A stretch of DNA of 64,000 nucleotides, from contig CAWDEM010000008.1 of the NCBI GenBank assembly GCA_963801355.1, positions 1,664,001 through 1,728,000 on the forward strand, read 5' to 3'. A program made the position numbers and the translations under genes. Of the stretch, positions 48,307 to 57,293 are shown in pieces. Under the pieces are notes generated by a model, which saw only the letters and a program-made list of their open reading frames with translations, ran no database searches and had not been told where the DNA came from. The stretch's first letter is position 1. Every line of letters begins with the position of its first letter. Origin of the DNA: Ignavibacteriota bacterium (lineage in GTDB: Bacteria > Bacteroidota > Ignavibacteria > UBA10030 > UBA6906).

Positions 48307-49116
48307 CTATCCCTTCATTCCCGTTGACGCCATGCTTTCGATGAAATATCGTTGGAAAAACGTATACGCAATGATCACCGGCAGCGCAAGAAGCGTCGCC
48401 GCCGCAAGCAGATACCCGAGCTGCGACTCGGCTTCGCCGCCGGTGGAAAAGAGTGCGACGATCTGGGGCATCGTCATCAACGACCGTTCGCGTACCACCA
48501 TCATGGGCCATAGCACTTCGTTCCAGTTCGTCATGAACGTCAGCAGCGCCACGGTGATGATCACGGGACGCGACAGCGGGTAAATGATGCGGAACAGAAT
48601 GGTGAGCTCGGAACAACCGTCGATGCGCGCGGCATCGATCAGTGCCTGCGGAATCGACAGGAAGAACTGGCGGAAGAGCACGATCCCGAAGGCACTAATC
48701 ATCGTCGGCGCTATCAACGAGAGGTACGTATCGGTCCACCCGAGCTTCACCATGAGGATATACTGAGGTATCAACACGATCTGGAACGGTATCATCATTG
48801 TGAAGAGGATCAGCACGTACAAACCCCGACTCCCCGCAAACCGGAGCCGCGAGAGCGCGTAGCCGACCATGGAGCCGAGAATGACCACGGTCGCTGTACA
48901 GGATGCAGAGACGATCAGACTGTTCAGGAGAGCCCGCAGGATCGGGATCTTGACCAACACTTTCTCGTAATTGATCAAGGAAAATGCGTTCGACCAGAGA
49001 TCGAGCCTGCCTATCTCTGATTCGGGCTTGAGAGAACTCGTGAACATCCAGAGGAACGGATAGGCAAACAGGACCGCGCCGGCCGTGAGGGCGATGTACT
49101 TCAGCAGACTTTTCAT
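48307..49116 (-). CDS. Carbohydrate ABC transporter permease (MalG-like)
   Basis: PFLWM, LNS, GYALSR, LIDAARIDG, WNEVLWP, FQRYFI. Confidence 0.93.
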   Translation of the reverse strand: MKSLLKYIALTAGAVLFAYPFLWMFTSSLKPESEIGRLDLWSNAFSLINYEKVLVKIPILRALLNSLIVSASCTATVVILGSMVGYALSRLRFAGSRGLYVLILFTMMIPFQIVLIPQYILMVKLGWTDTYLSLIAPTMISAFGIVLFRQFFLSIPQALIDAARIDGCSELTILFRIIYPLSRPVIITVALLTFMTNWNEVLWPMMVVRERSLMTMPQIVALFSTGGEAESQLGYLLAAATLLALPVIIAYTFFQRYFIESMASTGMKG

Positions 49117-50007
49117 GCCGAGACGTCCCTTTCGATGACCTTTCGCTGGATCGACACGACCAGGAATATCGCTGCGGCATACACAAATCCAAGCGTCGCT
49201 GCATACCCCATGTGGCCGAAGTAGAACGCCTGATTGTAGATGTAGAGCATCCCCGACAGCGTGCTCTGCATCGGTCCGCCGCCGGTGAGCACATACGGCT
49301 CAATGAACAGCGAAAAGCCGCCGATCGTTGACAGCACCACGATGATGATGATCGTCGGATTGAGCATGGGAAGGGTGATGTGGAGAAACTGGCGATACGT
49401 CGTCGCGCCGTCGATCCGCGCCGCTTCGTACAGCTCTCTCGGTATGCCCTGCAGACCGGCCAGGAACAGTACGATGTAGATGCCGACGTTCTTCCAGGTC
49501 GCCATGACGGCAATCGACGGCATGGCGATCCTGGCGTCAATCAGCCACGGAACACGTCCCAGGCCGATCGATTGCAGGAGCGAATTCAGGACGCCGAAAT
49601 CAAACGAGAAGAGCTGTTGCCACAGAATCGTCACCGCCACGCCCGAGACGACCACAGGCAGGAAATAGATTCCCCGGAAAAATCCCCTCCCCCGCATCCG
49701 CGTGTTGAGGAGCAGGGCAAAACCCAGCGCGGCAACAATCTGGAGGGGAATGTGGATGACCAGGAATGTGAGCGTGTTGAGAAGAGACTTGAAAAACAGA
49801 GGATCCTGAATGAGCCGGGTAAAGTTCTTCGCTCCGACCCATTCCATGGGACTGACAAGATTCCAGCGATGGAACATCAGGATGAACGAGAAGACGAGCG
49901 GATATGCAACAAAGGCAAGAAAGAAAATAACGTACGGAAGCACAAAGATATACCCGTTGATATCGCTTCGCCGAATCGCCGCCAGTCAACGCAGTGCGTC
50001 GGTTCAT
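49113..50007 (-). CDS. Carbohydrate ABC transporter permease (MalF-like), with an apparent +1 frameshift near 49986
   Basis: WVGAKNF, YFLPVV, ELYEAARIDGA, ITLPML; the in-frame NGYIFVLP lies upstream of the called GTG (49943), and the ATG at 50007 overlaps the upstream stop. Confidence 0.88.
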
Positions 50008-51331
50008 TTGTTCCACTCCAAAATCATGCGGGCGCGTGTGACGGCATCACGCACGGCCTGCGCCGGAGGTTTTGTCGCCGTACACCGCACACATCTCGTA
50101 TTCCTGGGATATGCCGTCGAAAATCTCCTTCATGTCGGGAGCAGAGTCCATCCCTCTCGTGTACGGAACCTGTTCGGCAAATTTTACCATCATCGGATTC
50201 TGTTCTGAAATACTCCGCGAAGAGGGGCTCTGTGAGTAGATCGCCACGCACCGGAATCTGATCGCAGAGGCGCAGGAGGAGACAGTCGTACCTCGCGCTG
50301 AGCAGAAATCGCACAAATTCCCATGCTTCGCGCGGATGTTTTGTTGTCGTGAATATCGCGATGTTCTTGAAATCGCCGAACGTGTAGACAGGACCTTCCC
50401 GCATGTCCGGCACGGGCACCGGAATCACGGTGTATTCCAGTGCCGGGGCGAATTTCCGGATCGCGGCCACCTGCCACGGCCCTGCAATGTGCGTGACCTT
50501 TCGTTCCAGCATGAACGGGTCAACGCTCTGAAAGAACGAGGTCCGGGGAAAGTACCCGCGCTCGTAACAGGTGCGGAAGAACGTGAACACGTGCTCCGCC
50601 GAGGGATTGCCGAATGCGACCGAGTCGTTTCTGAACAACGGTTGCCCACCAGAGGCCGCCAGATAAAAAGGATAGAAATCGAACATCCGCTGCCACCAGA
50701 TCGGGCGGATGTCGCGCTCACCAACCCAGATTGTTGGCTTTCCTGCTCCGTTGAGCTTCTGCAACACCTGATCGCCGAGGGCATAGTAGTCCGCATACGT
50801 TCGGGGCACCGCCGCCACCCCTGCCTCCTTGAGCAGCTGCAGATTCACGAACATCATGACGGGGTTGGTCTTCCACGGCACGTTGTAGAAATGTCCGTCG
50901 GGAGTCCTGAACAACGTCAGCAACTCACGCGGCACTCTAAGCGCAATCACCGAATCGAAATCAGGAAACTGATCGAGCGCCACCAGACCACCGGAGGCTA
51001 CGTAATCCCGGAGAGCGATCGGGTTGATGTTGGAGCAGACATCCGGCGTGGTCTTGCCGGCAATAGCAGCGAGGAGGACTTCCTCGGTCGATTGATTCAC
51101 CGGAATCGGTTGCATCACCACATGAACGTCGGGGTGCCGGGCGTTCCACTCCTTCACCAGACTGTCAGCCAGCTCAACCTCCTGGGCATTCGGAGCGGGC
51201 CAGTAGGTCAGCCGGACAGGCCCGCCGGGCAGGTTTCCGGGTGTGTTCCTCCCGCCGCAACCGGAGATCAGCACGACCGCGAAAATGCCGGCAACACCTA
51301 TCCAGCGCCCTTGAGCGCATAACTGTTTCAT
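50004..51331 (-). CDS. Sugar ABC transporter substrate-binding lipoprotein, with apparent +1 frameshifts near 50204 and 50072
   Basis: Lipobox ISGC, AAIAGKTTPDV, YNVPW, AGPW, EAWEFVRFL; corrected tail ...NPMMVKFAEQ...PAQAVRDAVTRARMILEWNK*. Confidence 0.85.
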
Positions 51332-51332
51332 G

Positions 51333-52913
51333 CTATTGCCAGCCCTGCCAATCCTGGTCAATTGTGGGGAATGCCGGATGTGGAAAGGTACCACCTTTCT
51401 TTGCGAAGTACATGTCGATCGCTCTGGGGTCATCTTCATCCGCCACCGGCAGCCTGCGCAGAACATCATCGAAAATGATCACCGGGTATTTCCGCTTCAG
51501 GGCCACCAGTCGGTGAAGAAGGCGCCGCGAAAATTCCGCCGTAAAGCAGTCGCTGCGCACCTGATCCTTTGCCTGAGCAAAAGAGAGCATCTCTCCATCC
51601 GCCCCGCGGTAATTTCTTCGGTGTTGATCGTAATAGCGCAGGAGCGCGGCATCATCCAATGCAATGGAATCAGCAAGTCTTTTTTTCTCCAGGGAATACA
51701 GGGTCTTGTCTTCCCACCAGGCCTTCTGTGCCAGAACGCTCTCCCTCTTCTCCAGGCCCCGTTGCATCGCCCGCTCAATAAGCAGTCCATCCCGCACCAT
51801 CCGCCAGACCATCTGCTGCAACGACGCTTGATACGCCCGGACGGACGTTGCCCGGAGACGGAGGACATGTTCTCTGGCCCGGTACCATGCAAGGAATCGT
51901 GCGAGAGGCACGGACCGGCCCTTCATTTTCACCAATGGTTCCGAACCGAATTTCCCGATATCTGCGATCGCCGACAGTATCGTCTCCCGGTCAATCGACA
52001 ACTCGTTGAGCATTGCCCCGCGCATCTCGTCCGGAAGCCAGAACTGTGCAAGATATGCGCCCAGCAGATCGAATGTCCGTCGTTCAATCTCGGGAGTGTG
52101 CGAAAGCATCAGCCGGTTGATGTAGCTGTCGGAGAGACTGTCCGCCTTCTGCTGCGTGAGCGCACGGCGCGCGTTTTCCCGCTGCTGGAGTTCTTCCGGC
52201 CCGGTGGTGATGAGATCCATTTCGGTGTTACGAAGGAAGACAATGTACCACCCATCGGGTCCTTCAATCGGTGCCGAAGCAACCTGGAGCTGCAGGGTGT
52301 CGATGACACGGGCGATCGACGGGCGGAGGGTTTTCAACTTGAACCGGGTGGCATCCCACGACCGGAGGTCCGCCGTCACCGAATCTCCCAGCTGCAGGGC
52401 GAACACGCTGTCGAATCCGAGTCCGCGCGCAAGGAGACCACGGTAGTACTCAACCCCCTCCCGGGAAGGGGCATACAGCCATTGAATGGAGTGGTGAATG
52501 CGCTGTGCGGCAGTCGCGTCACGAATCTCCTCCTCGCCGAAGCGCACCTTGCTCAGCACATCGTCGCGGTAGAGCTCCTCCGTCACCAAATCGCCCTCGA
52601 TCTCGCTCACCGAGCGCCTGACCTCGGGGGCCGATCGTCCTCCCCGTCCGGCGGCATCGAGTGCGAGCAATTGCTCGTTGACCATGAAGTCGAGATGTCG
52701 CCGCTTCGAGTCTTTGTGTCGTTTTACAAAGGCGGGACCGAATTCGTAGGAGAGGAGGAACTCCCTGGCGGATATCGTCGCCGGGCCGATACGTGCGACA
52801 ACGATCGTAGCAAGCGCCGGATCGACAACCGGCGGAGCAAGTGAATCCTCGCCCGGCGGCTGTGCCCCGGCCAATGGGGGCGCACATACAAGGAGCAAAA
52901 TCAGCCAGACCAT
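51333..52913 (-). CDS. Exported SurA/PpiC-like peptidyl-prolyl isomerase or chaperone-domain protein
   Basis: Signal peptide at MVWLILLL; VVARIG..TISAREF, LDFMVNEQLLA, SAPIEGPDGWYIV, duplicated SurA-N-like region; catalytic residues look degenerate. Confidence 0.68.
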   Translation of the reverse strand: MVWLILLLVCAPPLAGAQPPGEDSLAPPVVDPALATIVVARIGPATISAREFLLSYEFGPAFVKRHKDSKRRHLDFMVNEQLLALDAAGRGGRSAPEVRRSVSEIEGDLVTEELYRDDVLSKVRFGEEEIRDATAAQRIHHSIQWLYAPSREGVEYYRGLLARGLGFDSVFALQLGDSVTADLRSWDATRFKLKTLRPSIARVIDTLQLQVASAPIEGPDGWYIVFLRNTEMDLITTGPEELQQRENARRALTQQKADSLSDSYINRLMLSHTPEIERRTFDLLGAYLAQFWLPDEMRGAMLNELSIDRETILSAIADIGKFGSEPLVKMKGRSVPLARFLAWYRAREHVLRLRATSVRAYQASLQQMVWRMVRDGLLIERAMQRGLEKRESVLAQKAWWEDKTLYSLEKKRLADSIALDDAALLRYYDQHRRNYRGADGEMLSFAQAKDQVRSDCFTAEFSRRLLHRLVALKRKYPVIIFDDVLRRLPVADEDDPRAIDMYFAKKGGTFPHPAFPTIDQDWQGWQ

Positions 52914-52950
52914 TGAATGCGGGCGGTCACCGGATCGTTGCGCCGGCGGA

Positions 52951-53979
52951 TTAGAATTGCACGCCAACAGTGACCACATGAATGTTTTCCAGCAATCCCA
53001 TGTTCCGGTAGGCGTAGTCAAATTTCACCCGGATACTTTCCGCGGATAACAGGTCGGAAGTCACTCCCATGCCGAGAGACAGTCCTCCCTCGGCACCTTT
53101 AAGCAGCAGGGAAGAGAACCCCCCGCGAACGAAGAGGAAATTCTGGTAGGCGACTTCAGTGCCGATGTTGAGGCTTTCATAGTCGTCGTTTGGATGGAGC
53201 GCATCGACCGCGACGGTCCAACTGATGTCGTCCGTCTTCCATGGCATCGTCGAAATCCCGAACTGGAATACCAGGGGGAGCCCCCACGAATCGAATTCCA
53301 CGTTTGCGGGGATCTGGCTGTTCGATCCCAGCTTTGTGGCATCCATACTGATAAACTTCCGTGCATCGCGCCCCGAGAGTTCCATGGACGTTCCAAAATT
53401 CGACAGCGTGGCACCGATGGTCAGGCCACCGAACAGGTCCGTGCGGAATAACGTGCCGACATCGACGGCCATGGCCGTGGCTGTTTCGTGCCAGATGGTC
53501 TCTTGAATGTACTTTGCAGTAATGCCGATGGAGAACCGGTCGCTGAGCTGCCGGGCATAGGAGATCCCGATGGCCATGTTCCCGGCGCTGAAGTACTCCC
53601 CGGTTCCTTCGGGTTGCTCGACCGTGCGCACTATCATGTCGTCCATTGCCAGCTGCGTATAGCTCACGCCGATGGTCCCGAATGACCCCAGAGGTAGAAC
53701 AAGCCCTGCAAAACTGAATTTGGTGCCCGCGATCCAGGACGTGTGCGACGCGGCTGCCTCGTTCATGTCCAGCAGTGCCGCACCGGCGGCATTCCAGTAG
53801 AGTGAGGTCACGTCGTTGGAGAGACTCACGACCGCACATCCCATGGCGATGCCGCGCGCACCAACGGGAATTTCCAGGAAGGTCGCCGCGGATGTCCCAG
53901 TTTTGGAGTTATTGCCCTGGGCGGATACCACGGCGGACAACAGACACCCGGCGACGAGTACTGCAATGATCCGTTTCAT
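52951..53979 (-). CDS. PorV/PorQ-family outer-membrane beta-barrel
   Basis: Start at MKRII after GAGGG; FLEIPVGARGIAMG, SLYWNAAG, DVG, NFG, C-terminal GVQF. Confidence 0.85.
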   Translation of the reverse strand: MKRIIAVLVAGCLLSAVVSAQGNNSKTGTSAATFLEIPVGARGIAMGCAVVSLSNDVTSLYWNAAGAALLDMNEAAASHTSWIAGTKFSFAGLVLPLGSFGTIGVSYTQLAMDDMIVRTVEQPEGTGEYFSAGNMAIGISYARQLSDRFSIGITAKYIQETIWHETATAMAVDVGTLFRTDLFGGLTIGATLSNFGTSMELSGRDARKFISMDATKLGSNSQIPANVEFDSWGLPLVFQFGISTMPWKTDDISWTVAVDALHPNDDYESLNIGTEVAYQNFLFVRGGFSSLLLKGAEGGLSLGMGVTSDLLSAESIRVKFDYAYRNMGLLENIHVVTVGVQF

Positions 53980-54008
53980 GGCAACAGTGGTTCCCTCGTT
54001 TGTCCGTG

Positions 54009-57000
54009 CTACTTCATGATGGCAAACCGGTCGATTTTCGTCCCGATCCCCGGGGCATCGACGTGGTAGACGTACACCCCGAACGCGATGTCCATACCGT
54101 CGCGGGATGTCAGATTCCAGGCTTCCTGTCCGTCGGCGAATGTGCCGTGGTGTTCCAATATCTGCACCAGATGCCCGCTGATCGTGTAGATGCGGATCGT
54201 GCACGCCCGCGGGAGGTGGATGAAGAAGACCTTGCGCTCCCCGCGTCCGACACTTGTGGTTGCCGGCTCCCATGAGGCAGCTCCTACGTAGGGGTTTGGC
54301 ACGACGGCGATTTTGTCAAGGTCCTGCTTCGCTTGCGCAGGGTCAAAACGGGGCGCCACTGTGGTGAACGAAAAATACTCACCCGACCGAAACGGCTTCG
54401 TGGTGACCACGCGGAACACATCGCCCGGCTGCGGAGGCCGCTGCAGCGACTCAGCGATTGTGGTGTCTTTGACGAGAGTGACCGACCAGCTGAACTTCGC
54501 GCTGCCGAAGTCCGCCGCAGGCTTTCCCGCCGAATCCCCCACCACAATGTAGAGTGCGTCGCCGTCATTGAACGTGGTATCCTCTTTGACATCCCTGAAC
54601 ACAAACTGGATGTGATCCCTGTCCTCGGTCAGATTCTTAATCACGATGTTCGACGGCGCCGGTGACGAAAACCCCGTGCTCGGGAATGAGAGGTCACCCT
54701 GCGCCCCGGGCTTCAGCGTAATTTCAAAATCCGCCGGATAATTGACCCGCCGTGTCTGGTACGCTGGTGCATATCGTGAATCGAACCCCACCTGCACAAT
54801 GTAGTTGCTATTTCCCTGCACCCAGCCTGTCTTCTCCGCGTTGACCGTGACGTACTGGTGGTTGCTGACCACGGTGTTGAACCCATGGAGAACAGATGAC
54901 ACTTCCTGCTGTCCCTTAAGCCGGCTCAGCCGGAGAAGCGTATCCCGGGTCGTCACATTGATCAGCCGGTAGTACGGATTGGGGTTGTCATGAAACGCCG
55001 CGGAATCGACGAACTCCGCACGATAGTTGTGTCCGTCACGCAGCGAGTCGAGATCAATGATCCTTGCCGTCAGGCTCCCCGTTCCCGGACCGGATTGCGA
55101 CACCACAATCGTCTTCGGAATGATATATCCTGCGGCCGCAGCACGCGGAGTGACGACAGCCGTGTTGACATCCACCTTTGACACGCGGCCGTTGATGTCC
55201 AGTTTGATCATACTGGTCGTTTCCGAGGGAGGAATGCCCAGAAATGTGCCGGTGATATTTGTCGTGTAAAACCCCTGATCGTACGCCGTGACCGCGTAAT
55301 AATACGTCTGCCCGTTCTGTACCGTCGAGTCGACATAGGAATGAGAAAGACCCCCGTCGTCACCGAGATTGAACAGCGCACCATTGACGTCTATAGGGTG
55401 CAATCCCTTCACACCATCCACAACATCGAACTGCGCGAGCGGTTTCCGATAGGTCGGCTTGCCATACGCATCGGTGATGAGCTGGTTCTCCAGGAAATTG
55501 GCCTCGGTGCTTCTGTAAATCTTGTATCCTTCGAAATTGTATTTCTGATAGAAAGCATCGAAGGTCTTTTCCGCCCGTTCATCCCAGTACAGCGTGACCC
55601 TACCGTCCCCTGCAATGGTCTTCACAATGGGTTTCTCCGGCGGTTTGGCAAAGCGATAGCTCGCGTTGTAGATTTGCTGGACCGTTTTTTTCCGCCTGAA
55701 GAGGTCACCGGGATCCAACCCGTATATCAGCGCCATGGAAAAGCGCTCGGTCTCGCCGGTTTCCTGAATCTTCCCGGTGCGCGTGCTGTACGTGTTCCGG
55801 CCGAACAGATGGAACATGTAACTTGAAAAGTGATTGGCGAGATTCACACCGATCAACGCCGGTTGCTGATCCGGAGGCGCCGGTGCGGATGACAGGCCAG
55901 TCCAGTTCCTCTCGTCATTGTTCAGATCATAGGTGTGCACGGGCGAAAGGATGAACCCGGTGAGACCCAGCTGGTCCGATTCATCTTTGTCGAGAATGCC
56001 GAAATTCGGCTCGCCCTGCTCGGGCCTCCCGTCTCCTTCTGAACCATCCGGATCGGCCCCGGGATACCCATCATCAAAAGGACCGATGCCGTCGGCGCCG
56101 ACGTCATCGTTCAACGGTTCCCCCGCAGCCCAGGCGCCGTCGCCGTTCAGGTCAGTGTAGGCGCGCCAGTTGCAGTTCTCATCGGCATCCCAGTGAGGTT
56201 TCCAGGATTGGCCGTAAAACTTGTTGAACCGGATGGTATCGGAGAGTGCGTCACGCAGAAAAGGATCGGTGAGTGGATTGGTGATGAACTGCACGGCATC
56301 GTTGTCGCGCCGCTCATCGGTCAACCCATCTTGATCGTTGTCGGAGTGGTCATCCGAGATTCCCGGACTCTCGAGAAAAGCATATCCGACGTATCCGACA
56401 GGGCTCCACTGCCCCGGGCTCCCGAAGCTGACGGTGGACCATGAATACGAGATGTTCAGCAGTTTGTCATAGCTGCCAGCATTGTTCGATGAGTTGTCGT
56501 GCCCGCCGATCCCCCAGTCAACGTACTGCGCAAAGAGGGTCCGGGCGTAATCGGTGGTCCCCATATTGGTGATTTCGTAGTACCAGAAAATCACATCCTC
56601 GGCCAGGACTTGCGACCACTGGAATCCGCGGCCGCGGACCTGCATACCCAGGCCGCCCCGCGTGGAATCATCGGCGTCGGGATGGAATTTGTTCTTCAGG
56701 AGATATTCGCGGTCTTCGTTGTCATCAAACACAAAATAGGACTCGAGATCCGCATTATACACGCCCCTCCCGAAGAAGCCGTTCCAGTAGCCGTCCCAAT
56801 CGCTGCCCCGGTCCGGCCAGTGGTTCGGCCAGGTGTTCGGATCGCTGCTTTCGGCAGGGCTGGACTGATACCGCGCCGCATAGTTGGGCAACGGCCACCA
56901 GCCGTATGTGACGGTGCTGCCCGATGGTGCCCGCGTGTATTCGTAGTAGTTCGTCTCGAGCGGATGAATCGTGTTTCCCTGCGGATCCTGTGTCTCCGCC

Positions 57001-57269
57001 TGCACGATGACGGCGACACCGTCAACATACGTATGATTGGTTCCTTTCGGCCATACGCCGCTCCTGCTCGGCTCGTTCTGCCAGTCGGCAATCTCGCCGA
57101 AGTTGTAGTAGACCGTCCCGACAAGGTTGCCATCCATGAATCCTTTCTTGGTCTCGAAGTGGCTTCCCTTGTTCTTGTCCACCAAGCGCTGTGCCGTGAC
57201 GCCCGATGCGACAAGAACGACGAGCGAGGCGATAAGAGCGCTTCTGCCTGGTAAAAGTCTCCAAAGCAT
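54009..57269 (-). CDS. Large exported protein with Ca-binding DxDxDG repeats, an Fn3-like domain and a divergent T9SS-like C-terminal domain
   Basis: GGAGG Shine-Dalgarno, signal peptide; DNDQDGLTDE, DLNGDG; AGDGRVTLYWD...FEGYKIYRS...YYYAVTAYD; IAVVPNPY...IRIYTISGHLV...WNL...GVYVYHV. Confidence 0.8.
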   Translation of the reverse strand: MLWRLLPGRSALIASLVVLVASGVTAQRLVDKNKGSHFETKKGFMDGNLVGTVYYNFGEIADWQNEPSRSGVWPKGTNHTYVDGVAVIVQAETQDPQGNTIHPLETNYYEYTRAPSGSTVTYGWWPLPNYAARYQSSPAESSDPNTWPNHWPDRGSDWDGYWNGFFGRGVYNADLESYFVFDDNEDREYLLKNKFHPDADDSTRGGLGMQVRGRGFQWSQVLAEDVIFWYYEITNMGTTDYARTLFAQYVDWGIGGHDNSSNNAGSYDKLLNISYSWSTVSFGSPGQWSPVGYVGYAFLESPGISDDHSDNDQDGLTDERRDNDAVQFITNPLTDPFLRDALSDTIRFNKFYGQSWKPHWDADENCNWRAYTDLNGDGAWAAGEPLNDDVGADGIGPFDDGYPGADPDGSEGDGRPEQGEPNFGILDKDESDQLGLTGFILSPVHTYDLNNDERNWTGLSSAPAPPDQQPALIGVNLANHFSSYMFHLFGRNTYSTRTGKIQETGETERFSMALIYGLDPGDLFRRKKTVQQIYNASYRFAKPPEKPIVKTIAGDGRVTLYWDERAEKTFDAFYQKYNFEGYKIYRSTEANFLENQLITDAYGKPTYRKPLAQFDVVDGVKGLHPIDVNGALFNLGDDGGLSHSYVDSTVQNGQTYYYAVTAYDQGFYTTNITGTFLGIPPSETTSMIKLDINGRVSKVDVNTAVVTPRAAAAGYIIPKTIVVSQSGPGTGSLTARIIDLDSLRDGHNYRAEFVDSAAFHDNPNPYYRLINVTTRDTLLRLSRLKGQQEVSSVLHGFNTVVSNHQYVTVNAEKTGWVQGNSNYIVQVGFDSRYAPAYQTRRVNYPADFEITLKPGAQGDLSFPSTGFSSPAPSNIVIKNLTEDRDHIQFVFRDVKEDTTFNDGDALYIVVGDSAGKPAADFGSAKFSWSVTLVKDTTIAESLQRPPQPGDVFRVVTTKPFRSGEYFSFTTVAPRFDPAQAKQDLDKIAVVPNPYVGAASWEPATTSVGRGERKVFFIHLPRACTIRIYTISGHLVQILEHHGTFADGQEAWNLTSRDGMDIAFGVYVYHVDAPGIGTKIDRFAIMK

Positions 57270-57293
57270 GCCGATCCTCCGTGGTATTCCAGA

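Noticed and set aside
47560-50210. Programmed ribosomal frameshifting or phase variation as the cause of the split genes
   Set aside because: No slippery heptamers or long homopolymers at the sites; repeated same-sign single-base insertions fit sequencing error better.
48307-51331. Missing ATPase in the sugar ABC cluster as a sign of decay
   Set aside because: CUT1 sugar importers commonly share a MalK/MsmX-type ATPase encoded elsewhere.
57022-57293. C-terminal extension of the TonB receptor overlapping the next gene, as given in the ORF track
   Set aside because: Explained by one extra base at 57340-57343; the corrected frame ends at 57294 with a typical terminal Phe.
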